A stretch of DNA of 64,000 bases from Macrostomum lignano (lineage: Eukaryota): contig NIVC01000778.1 of NCBI GenBank assembly GCA_002269645.1, positions 124,001 through 188,000 of the forward strand. Reading direction: 5' to 3'. The translations under genes and the position numbers were made by a program. This document shows positions 10,739-22,700 of this stretch, piece by piece (position 1 is the stretch's first letter; every line of letters starts with the position of its first letter). Below the pieces are notes generated by a model that saw only the letters and a list, made by a program, of their open reading frames with translations, was not told the DNA's origin and ran no database searches.

Positions 10739-13700
10739 CTAAAACAGTTGAAATCAAAAGCATGGCAGGTAAAAACAAGTGCACAAGCAAGTGTTTGTGG
10801 TTTATAAAAAAATGCAGAAATATTAAACTGCAGAAGATGAATCAGAATAGACTCAAATAGTAAACTCACTAGGAATAGCTGGATAGATCTTCGCTCCCTG
10901 CTTCTTTTCATCTGAAAAGGTGACATTATGGGTGAACTCAGTAGAGAACACTTTAAATCAGCTCGATCAGATTTTCAAGTCAGGTGGAAATGAAACCAGG
11001 GAGAAAAGCTGGATGCTCTTAGCAGTTCTGACTAAGACTAAACATCCTCATTGTATAGTAACTGTAGACAGCTGGGGCAGTTTTATACTGCTGGGTGAAT
11101 ATCAGATAGCTGGGCAAATATCTTAGGAGAGCTGGGTGAATCGATGGCTCAGAGGGCATTGTAGATGCTTGAGAGAATTTTAGGCAGGTGAGCATGCGGT
11201 GAATTGGGGCTGATCGATTGAGAATTGGCAAACGGCTTAACGGAAAAGAATCAAATTGGTTTGTTTGTATATAAGTCAGCACCAGATCATGCACAGGCGG
11301 TGATGTGACCGAACACTTGCCTGATTCCGGAGGAGTATTCGTGATTTCCAGTTTAAAATACACAATTCCCAAGGGACTACCGCATGACTGCTTGTCATTT
11401 TGCTGACATCGATATGAACATGTTTCGTTGAGTTGTGCCTTATTGGTCACCGGAGGTAGTTCCGATTCGCAAAAGCAGCGGTCACCGTTAGCGATGGCGA
11501 AATATTTGAATCTGCCGTAGAGATCACGCTTCACACACTCGGTAGCGCAAATGAGGTGTGACATCTCATTCGATGTGAGTCTTACTTTTCCCGTACCATC
11601 ATAATAACGGTAGCATTGAATTGGAGAATCTAGAAAGTTGAAATCAAATGCATTGCAGGTAAAAACAAGTGCACAAGCAAGTGTTTGTGGTTGATAAAAA
11701 CATGCAGAAATATTAAACTGCAGAAGATGAATCAGAATAGACTCAAATAGTAAACTCACTAGGAATAGCTGGATAGATCTTCGCTCCCTGCTTCTTTTCA
11801 TCTGAAAAGGTGACATTATGGGTGAACTCAGTAGAGAACACTTTAAATCAGCTCGATCAGATTTTCAAGTCAGGTGGAAATGAAACCAGGTAGAAAAGCT
11901 GGATGCTCTTAGCAGTTCTGACTAAGACTAAACATCCTCATTGTATAGTAACTGTAGACAGCTGGGGCAACTTTATACTGCTGGGTGAATATCAGATAGC
12001 TGGGCAAATATCTTAGGAGAGCTGGGTGAATCGATGGCTCAGAGGGCATTGTAGATGCTTGGGAGAATTTCCACCAGAAATCATGAGCATGTGGCGAATC
12101 GGGGCTGATCGATTAAGAATTGGCAAACGGCTTAACGGAAAAGAATCAAATTGGTTTGTTTGTATATAAGTCAGCACCAGATCATGCACAGGCGGTGATG
12201 TGACCGAACACTTGCCTGATTCCGGAGGAGTATTCGTGGTTTCCAGTTTAAAATACACAATTCCCTCAGGACCACCGCATGACTGCTTGTCATTTCGCGG
12301 ACATCGATATGAACAAGTTTCGTTGAGTTCTTTTTTATACTTTGCCGGAGGTAGTTCCGATTCGCAAAAGCAGCGGTCACCGTTAGCGATGGCGAAATAT
12401 TTGAATCCGAAGTAGAGATCACGCCTGACACACTCGGTAGCGCAAACAAGGTGCGACATATTATCAGATTTTAGTTTTGGTCCAGATAAATATTCAACGT
12501 AAAGGTAACATGCAAATGGGGAATCTAAAACAGTTGAAATCAAAAGCATGGCAGGTAAAAACAAGTGCACAAGCAAGTGTTTGTGGTTGATAAAAACATG
12601 CAGAAATATTAAACTGCAGAAGATGAATCAGAATAGACGGAAATAGTAAACTCACTAGGAATAGCTGGATAGACCTTCGCTCCTTGCTTCTTTTTGTCTG
12701 AAAAGGTGACGTCATGGGTGAACTCAGTAGAAAACATTATACAACAGCTCGATCGGATTTTCAAGTCAGATGGAAGTGAAACCAGGGAGAAAAGCTGGAT
12801 GCTCTTAGCTGAGATCAAAACTTCCTCATTGCTAAGTAACTGTAGACAGCTGGGGCGATTATATACTGCTGGGTGAATATCAGATAGCTGTGAGAACTGT
12901 AAGAGAGCTGGGTGAATCGATGGCTGAGGGCATTGTAGATGTTTGGGAGAATTTTAGGCAGGTGAGCATACGGTGAATTGGGGCTGATCGATTGAGAATT
13001 AGCGAATGGGCAAACGGCTTTTAACGGAAAAGAATCAAATTGGTTTGAATTCAAGTCAGCATCAGCTCATGCACAGGCGGTGACGTGACCGAACACTTGC
13101 CTGATTCCGGAGGAGTATTCGTGATTTCCAGTTTAAAATACACAATTCCCCCGGGACCACCGCATGACTGCTTGTCATTTCGCGGACATCGATATGAACA
13201 TTTTTCGTTTTTGTTTTTTGTTTTATACTCCGCTGGAGGTAGTTCCGATTCGCAAAAGCAGCGGTCACCGTTAGCGATGGCGAAATATTTGAATTTTTTC
13301 CCGTAGAGATCACGCCTCACACACTCGGAGGCGCAAACAAGGTGCGACATCTCATCATCGCTTTGCAACACCTTTGTCAATTCATAAGGATTTTCGTAGC
13401 ATTTCAGAGAATCTGAAGCTAAAAATGAAAATGAATAACAAGTGAGCACAAGTGCATGCGGATGAGATCCGCATAAGATTATAATAGTTAATTGTAATGA
13501 GACAGATTATGCGACTGACAAGCTTCAAGTTTAACTCACCTGGAATAACCGGATAGACCTTCGCTCCCTGCTCGAATTTATCTGAAATCGTAAGGTAAAT
13601 TGCAAGAAGATCAAGAATTGGCAAGTGACCTTCAACAGTCTCAGTTTCCAATCGAATTTGCTAACAGCTTACCAATGTTCGGCGAGTTGGTTATTGTGCT

Positions 13701-16700
13701 CAGGCTGAAATACGCCGCTCCACTTTCTCCACCGCACGACTCCATGTGACTTGCTGGGCAGCGGATCGAACAATCTTTCTCGATACTCAGCCTGTACGAG
13801 TCGTGGGGCAGTTCCGATGCACACAGGCAGCTGTCACCGAAGGCGAGGCTGAAGTATTTGAATTTCTTCAAGGCATTTTTCTTGCGACACTCGAAAGCGC
13901 AAACGCGGTGCGACATTTTTTCTTTATTTATTAGTTCCAGCTTTGCCATCGGATAGCCTTGGTATATTGAATAGCATCCTATGGGATCTCCTGCAACCGT
14001 TGGGGAAAAGTGGTCAAATGTTGCATGAAAAGCATTACATCAATATAGGAGCTTTTCTGACATGCTGAGGGAATTGTTCTGACATACTGAGGGAATTGAT
14101 CTGGTATGCTGGGGGAATTATTCTGGCATGCTGAGGGAATTGTTCTGGCATGCTGAGGGAACTGTTCTGACATGCTAAGGGAACTGTTCTGACATGCTAA
14201 GGGAACTGTTCTGACATGCTGGGGGAATTATTCTGGCATGCTGAGGGAACTGTTCTGGTATGCTGGGGGAATTAGTCTGGCATGCTGAGGGAACTGTTCT
14301 GACATGCTGGGGGAATTATTCTGACATGCTGAGGGAACTGTTCTGACATGCTGAGGGAACTGTTCTGATATGCTGAGGGAACTGTTCTGACATGCTGAGG
14401 GAACTGTTCTGACATGCTGAGGGAACTGTTCTGACATGCTGAGAGAACTGTTCTGATATGCTGAGGGAACTGTTCTGACATGCTGAGGGAACTGTTCTGA
14501 CATGCTGAGGGAACTGTTCTGACATGCAGTTCTCACTTGGATTTTGTGTGACGCTCTGCGCTCTGGGATCCGGAGTTGCCGGAACCGATTCGGGCTGGCC
14601 TGCGTGGTGCGGACGTTGCAGTGTGGTTATAATTACTTTTACTTTGAGCTGAAGAATATTATTCATAATTAAAACTTTGAATCTGTTCTCTCACTTTGTT
14701 TTTGCTGATCCGGAGTTGGCAGAATCGACTTGGACTGGTCTGAGTGGTGCGGAGGTTGAAGTGAGTTTGTAATTACTCGATACTAGCATGGATACTAGCA
14801 AGTTGAGTACATGCTTTAGAATGTAGGATTAAAAAGGAGCTGCAAATGTTTATCGTAAAAGCCGGAGCTGTCACCGAATACTTGCCTGGTTTTTGTCGAA
14901 TAAGATTGAAAAATGCCAATAAATCTTGATTTCCGCAAAATTCGAGTGATCCTTTTATACGAGGACACCTTCCTTTACAGTCACTGTCCGGATAAATATC
15001 CGAGTATTCTGGAAGCTCGGGTGCACAAACGCATTCTTTATCGTCGCGAATGAAAAAATATTTGTAATTGTCGTAAAGATCGACACTGATACACCTTTGA
15101 GCGCAAGTTTCAAATGGAATCCCTCTTCGAGTAGACACCACATCTGAATTTTCCATCATCATGTTCACAGCGCAGGCTGCCATCGATATGTTTTCTGAAA
15201 TGGTTAAAACTAATTAATTTAAGTAAGAGCAGCTTAAACAGCGGAAATATTCAGATGGAAACTTACCCGGTAAAATTGGAGTGACCCACGGTCCCTGCTC
15301 GTATGTATCTGAATAATATAAAATTTGAGAATATAAAATTTTTCGAGAAAGTTTGATCAAGCTGGGGTGATTTTAAGTGAACCGATACGGTGCTTCTGGC
15401 CAGTGAAATAAATCTAAGAAATGAACTCAAACATTTCGATGACCTTAACTGGATGAGAGTCATTGGAATGCCAGAAAAACTATTTTAGATTTTTATTTGA
15501 ATCGAAACACGCAGCTAACGAATTGTAGACTGCCGGGGAATCGTAGATAGCTGGGGAATTGTACACAGCTGGAGAATTGTAGACAGCGAGGGAATTGTAG
15601 ACTGCCGGGGAATTGTAGACAGCTGGGGAATTGTAGACAGCGAGGGAATTGTAGACAGCTAGGGAATTGTAGACAGCTAGGGAATTGTAGACAGCTAGGG
15701 AATTGTAGACAGCGAGGGAATTGTAGACTGCCGGGGAATCGTAGACAGCTGGAGAATTGTAGACAGCTAGGGAATTGTAGACTGTCGGGGAATCGTAGAC
15801 AGCTGGAGAATTGTAGACAGCTAGGGAATTGTAGACTGCCGGGGAATCGTAGACAGCTGGAGAATTGTAGACAGCTAGGGAATTGTAGACTGTCGGGGAA
15901 TCGTAGACAGCTGGAGAATTGTAGACAGCTAGGGAATTGTAGACTGCCGGGGAATCGTAGACAGCTGGAGAATTGTAGACAGCTAGGGAATTTTAGACAG
16001 CTATAAAAATGTAGACAGCGAGGGAATTGTAGACAGTTGGGGAATTGTAGCTGGGGAATTGACAACTGGGTAATTGTAGATAGCTGGGAATTGTAGATAG
16101 CTGGGTAGTTGTAGACAGCTGGAGAATTGTAGACAGCTAGGGAATTGTAGACTGCCGGGGAATCGTAGACTGCCGGGTAATCGTAGACAGCTGGGGAATT
16201 GTAGACAGCTGGGGAATTGTAGACAGCTATGAAAATGTAGACAGCGAGGGAATTGTAGACAGTTGGGGAATTGTAGCTGGGGAATTGACAGCTGGGTAAT
16301 TGAATATAGCTGGGAATTGTAGACTGCCGGGGAATCGTAGACAGCTGGGGAATTGTAGACAGCGGGAGAATTGTAGACAGCTGTGAAATTGTAGGCAGCT
16401 GTGGAATTGTAGACAGCTGGACATGAAGAGCATCTTTGGAAATTGTAAGCAGCTTGTGAAAAGCAGTTTCCATTCGAAACAGAAGCAGCTTATGCACAAG
16501 GAGTAATATGACAAAATTCTTGCCTTTTTTTGGAGGAACAGTTGTTGTGGTCAGGTTGAAATACGCTATCTTGTGGTCTCCCCCGCATGACTGATTGTGA
16601 TTTCCTGGGCACCGATACGAACAATAGGAATTTTTTGTTTTCTCCGTTAAAGTGGGTAATGTCGATGCACAGAAGCAAGTGTCGAAGTCGGTGATAGCGA

Positions 16701-19700
16701 AATATTTGAATTTTTTCCCGTAGAGATCACGCCTCACACACTCGGAGGCGCAAACAAGGTGCGACATCTCATTACTTTGCAACACCTTTGTCAAGTCATG
16801 TTGGTTATCGTAGCATTCCGGAAAAACTGAAGCTGAAAATGAAAATAAATAACGGTTGAGCACAAGTCCATGTGTATGAATAAGGTACAGTTGCGGGTAT
16901 ACTAAAATTATAATTATTTATGTGATGAGGCAGAAGACTAACGACCACCCAGAGACCGATGATAAACACAAGACGCTTGACTACAAAGAACTGAATGAGA
17001 TGCACGAGAGACAGAGCCGCTTGGATGGTGGAAAGATGACAATCAATGTAAGCAGACACAAAAACCCTTAAACATAGAATTTGACTGAAAGAATTCAGTA
17101 GTCACTCACCTGGAATAACCGGATAGACCTTCGCTCCCTGCTCGAATTTATCTGAAATGGTAAATTTGTACTTGGACTTTACTTGAGAACATCACTAATA
17201 TAAGCAGCCTTAGCTCTGTGTCAATCAATCTAATTACCTTTTCTCATAGAAGACAGTGTTGCGCTGACGCTAAAATAGGCTGCTGCATTCTCGCCACCGC
17301 ACGATTGCAGGTGATTTCCTGGGCAGCGATACGAACAATGGACTTCAGGGTTATCGACTATACTTGAGTTCCTAGGCAGTTCCGATGCACACAGGCAGTT
17401 GTCACCATTGGCGAGGCCGAAGTATTTGTATCTCTTTAAGGGACTTTTCCTGGCACACTCAAGAGCGCAAACGCGGTGCGACATTTTAATATTTTGCTTC
17501 ATTTCCAGTTTCACTTCATTATTCACTTTATTCGTTATGAGATAGCAGCCAATACCATTGAAAGATTGGACTGAAAATGTTGGGGACAATTAAACCAAAA
17601 CTGAGCAGGGTTTGATGATAGCGATTTGCATCAGCTACAGGGTACATGCGAGCAATTAAGTATAAGATCTGCTAATGCAAAACTGTCATGACATGGACAA
17701 GGAAATGTTTTGACATGCTGAAGAAAATGCATCTGTTTCAAACTGGGATAATTTATGACATGAAGACAATTGAAATGGTTTGATAGTGTCAGTTTATATA
17801 CCAGCTTAATGACACTAATGAAGCAAGAAATACTGAGGAAACTGTTCTGACATACTGAGGAAACTTTTCTGACACACTGAGCTGATTTTGCAGTCTAAAA
17901 TCAACGCTGCAGCCGGGGTAAGTAAAAAAATTGTAATTCAACTCAAAATCTGACTGGTGTCTCACCTGGATCTTCCGGAGCGCTTTTGCCATTCAAAGTC
18001 TCCTGGCTACTTGGAGCTGCACTTGTCCCAGCTGAAAAGTGGCAGTTATATCTTGAATGCAGCTGAGCATGAGCACAAGCTAAAGTGCAAAGTATTTTGG
18101 AGTGAATGTTTGTACACAATTTGGAAAACGGTAGATAGTTGGGATGATTGTAGACAGTTGGGGAATTGTAGACAGCTGGGGAATTGTAGACACCTGAGGA
18201 ATTGTAGACAGCACAGCAATTAGAAAACAGGTGGGGAATTGTAGACAGAAGGGCAATTAAAGACAGGTAGGAAATTGTAGAGAGCATGGCAATTACAGAC
18301 GCGGCTGGGGAAATTGTAGACAGCTGGAAAATTGTAGACATCAGGCAATAGAATAGAATAGAAGACAGCTGGGGAGTTGTAGACAGCTGGGGAATTGTAG
18401 AGAGCTGGGGAATTGTAGAGAGCTGGAGAAATCGTTGACAGCTGGGGAATTGTAGAGAGCTGGAGAAATCGTAGACAGCTGGGGAATTGTAGAGATCTGG
18501 AGAAATCGTAGACAGCTGGGAAATTGTAGAGAGCTGGAGAAATCGTAGACAGCTGGGGAATTGTAGAGAGCTGGAGAAATCGTAGACAGCTGGGGAATTG
18601 TAGAGATCTGGAGAAATCGTAGACAGCTGGGGAATTGTAGAGAGCTGGGGGAATTGTACACAGCTGGGGAATTGTAGAGAGCTGGAGAAATCGTAGACAG
18701 CTTGGGAATTGTAGAGATCTGGAGAAATCGTAGACAGCTGGGGAATTGTAGAGATCTGGAGAAATCGTAGACAGCTGGGGAATTGTAGAGAGCTGGAGAA
18801 ATCGTAGACAGCTGGGGAATTGTAGAGATCTGGAGAAATCGTAGACAGCTGGGGAATTGTAGAGAGCTGGGGGAATTGTACACAGCTGGGGAATTGTAGA
18901 GAGCTGGAGAAATCGTAGACAGCTTGGGAATTGTAGAGATCTGGAGAAATCGTAGACAGCTGGGGAATTGTAGAGATCTGGAGAAATCGTAGACAGCTGG
19001 GGAATTGTAGAGAGCTGGAGAAATCGTAGACAGCTGGGGAATTGTAGAGATCTGGAGAAATCGTAGACAGCTGGGGAATTGTAGAGAGCTGGAGAAATCG
19101 TAGACAGCTGGGGAATTGTAGAGAGCTGGAGAAATCGTTGACAGCTGGGGAATTGTAGAGAGCTGGAGAAATCGTTGACAGCTGGGGAATTGTAGAGATC
19201 TGGAGAAATCGTAGACAGCTGGGGAATTGTAGAGAGCTGGAGAAATCGTAGACAGCTGGGGAATTGTAGAGATCTGGAGAAATCGTAGACAGCTGGGGAA
19301 TTGTAGAGAGCTGGGGGAATTGTACACAGCTGGGGAAATTTAGACAGCAGGGCATTGTAGACGCAGGAGATGATCCGTATCTCGCTAAAACTACAGGATC
19401 TTTTATGACACAAAGGCAAGATAAGTGATTTGATAATGACAGATCAAAGACCAGGGTGAAGTTACTCTACTGAAGTAAGAAATTTGTAATTCAACTCAAA
19501 ATCTGACTGGTGTCTCACCTGGATCTTCCAAAGTGGTTTTGACTTTCGAAGTGTCCTGGCTAGTCGGAGCTGCATTTGTCCCAGCTGAAAAGTGGCAGTT
19601 ATATCTTGAATGCAGCTGAGCATGAGCACAAGCTAAAGTGCAAAGTATTTTGGAGTGAATGTTTGTACACATATTGGGGAACAGTAGAAAGTTGGGGGGA

Positions 19701-22700
19701 TAGTAGACAGTTGAGGAATTGTAAACAGCTGGTGAATTTTAAACAGCAAGGCAATTAAATACAGATGGGGGATTGTAAACAGCTTTAATAATTGTAGACA
19801 GCTGGGAAACTGTAGAGAGGTGGGGAATTGTAGACAGCTGGGCAATTAAAGACGGCTGGGGAAATGTAGACAGCAGGGCAATTAAAGACGGCTGGGGAAA
19901 TGTAGACAGCAGGGCAATTAAAGACGGCTGGGGAAATGTAGACAGCAAAGCAATTAAAGACAGGTGGGGAATTTTGGACAGCTGGGGAATTTTAGACAGC
20001 TGGGGAATTTTAGACAGCTGGGGAATTGCAGACAGCTGGGAAATTGTAGAGAGGTGGGGAATTGTAGACAGCTGGGCAATTAAAGACGGCTGGGGAAATG
20101 TAGACAGCAGGGCAATTAAAGACGGCTGGGGAAATGTAGACAGCAGGGCAATTAAAGACGGCTGGGGAAATGTAGACAGCAGGGCAATTAAAGACGGCTG
20201 GGGAAATGTAGACAGCAGGGCAATTAAAGACGGCTGGGGAAATGTAGACAGCAGGGCAATTAAAGACGGCTGGGGAAATGTAGACAGCAGGGCAATTAAA
20301 GACAGGTGGGGAATTTTAGACAGCTGGGGAATTTTAGACAGCTGGGGAATTTTAGACAGCTTGGGAATTTTAGACAGCTGGGGAATTGCAGACAGCTGGG
20401 AAATTGTAGACAGGATGGCAATTAAAGACAGCTGGGAAATTGTAGACAGCTGGGGAATTTTAGACAGCTGGGGAATTGTAGACAGGATGGCAATTAAAGA
20501 CAGCTGGGAAATTGTAGACAGCTGGGGAATTTTAGACAGCTGGGGAATTGCAGACAGCTGGGAAATTGTAGACAGGATGGCAATTAAAGACAGCTGGGAA
20601 ATTGTAGACAGCAGGTCAATTAAAGACAGCTGGAAAATTGTAGACAGCAGGGCAATTAAAGACAGCTGGGAAATTGTAGACAGCTGGGGAATTGCAGACA
20701 GCTGGGAAGTTGTAGACAGGATGGCAATTAAAGACAGGTGGGAAATTGTAGACAGCTAGGGAATTTTAGACAGGTGGGAAATTGTAGACAGCAGGTCAAT
20801 TAAAGACAGCTGGGGAATTGTACACAGCTGGGGAATTGTAGAGAGTTAGAGAAATCGTAGACAGCTAGAGAATTGTAGAGAGCTGGGGAATCGTAGACAG
20901 GTGGGGAATTGTAAACAGCTGGAAAATTGTAGACAGAAGAGCAATTAAAAACAGGTGGGGAATTGTAGACAGAAGGGCAATTAAAGACAGCAAAGAAATT
21001 GTAGACAGCAGGCAATAGAAGACAGCTGGGGAATTGTAGACAGCTGGAAAATTGTAGACAGCTAGGGAATTGTAGACAGGTGGGAAATTGTAGACAGCAG
21101 GTCAATTAAAGACAGGTAGGAAATTGTAGAGAGCATGGCAATTAAAGACGCGGCTGGGGAAATTGTAGACAGCAGAGTAATTAAAGGCAGGTAGGAAATT
21201 GTAGAGAGCATGGCAATTAAAGACGCGGCTGGGGATATTGTAGACAGCAGAGTAATTAAAGACAGCGGGGCATTTGAAGACAGCTGGGAAATTGTAGACA
21301 GCTGGGGAGTTGTAGACAGCTGGGGAATTGTAGAGAGCTGGAGAAATCGTTGACAGCTGGGGAATTGTAGAGATCTGGAGAAATCGTAGACAGCTGGGGA
21401 ATTGTAGAGAGCTGGGGGAATTGTAGAGAGCTGGAGAAATCGTAGACAGCTGGGGAATTGTAGAGAGCTGGGGGAATTGTACACAGCTGGGGAAATTTAG
21501 ACAGCAGGGCATTGTAGACGCAGGAGATGATCCGTATCTCGCTAAAACTACAGGATCTTTTATGACACAAAGGCAAGATAAGTGATTTGATAATGACAGA
21601 TCAAAGACCAGGGTGAAGTTACTCTACTGAAGTAAGAAATTTGTAATTCAACTCAAAATCTGACTGGTGTCTCACCTGGATCTTCCAAAGTGGTTTTGAC
21701 TTTCGAAGTCTCCTGGCTAGTCGGAGCTGCATTTGTCCCAGCTGAAAAGTGGCAGTTATATCTTGAATGCAGATTAGCATGAGCACAAACTAAAGTGCAA
21801 AGTATTTTGGAGTGAATGTTTGTACACATATTGGGGAACAGTAGAAAGTTGGAGGGATTGTAGACAGTTGGGGAATTGTAGACAGCTGGTGAATTTTAAA
21901 CAGCAAGGCAATTAAAGACAGATGGGGGATTGTAAACAGCTTTAATAATTGTAGACAGCTGGGAAACTGTAGAGAGGTGGGGAATTGTAGACAGCTGGGC
22001 AATTAAAGACGGCTGGGGAAATGTAGACAGCAGGGCAATTAAAGACGGCTGGGGAAATGTAGACAGCAGGGCAATTAAAGACGGCTGGGGAAATGTAGAC
22101 AGCAGGGCAATTAAAGACGGCTGGGGAAATGTAGACAGCAGGGCAATTAAAGACGGCTGGGGAAATGTAGACAGCAGGGCAATTAAAGACGGCTGGGGAA
22201 ATGTAGACAGCAGGGCAATTAAAGACGGCTGGGGAAATGTAGACAGCAGGGCAATTAAAGACGGCTGGGGAAATGTAGACAGCAGGGCAATTAAAGACAG
22301 GTGGGGAATTTTAGACAGCTGGGGAATTTTAGACAGCTTGGGAATTTTAGACAGCTGGGGAATTGCAGACAGCTGGGAAATTGTAGACAGGATGGCAATT
22401 AAAGACAGCTGGGAAATTGTAGACAGCTGGGGAATTTTAGACAGCTGGGGAATTGTAGACAGGATGGCAATTAAAGACAGCTGGGAAATTGTAGACAGCT
22501 GGGGAATTTTAGACAGCTGGGGAATTGCAGACAGCTGGGAAATTGTAGACAGGATGGCAATTAAAGACAGCTGGGAAATTGTAGACAGCAGGTCAATTAA
22601 AGACAGCTGGAAAATTGTAGACAGCAGGGAAATTAAAGACAGCTGGGAAATTGTAGACAGCTGGGGAATTGCAGACAGCTGGGAAGTTGTAGACAGGATG

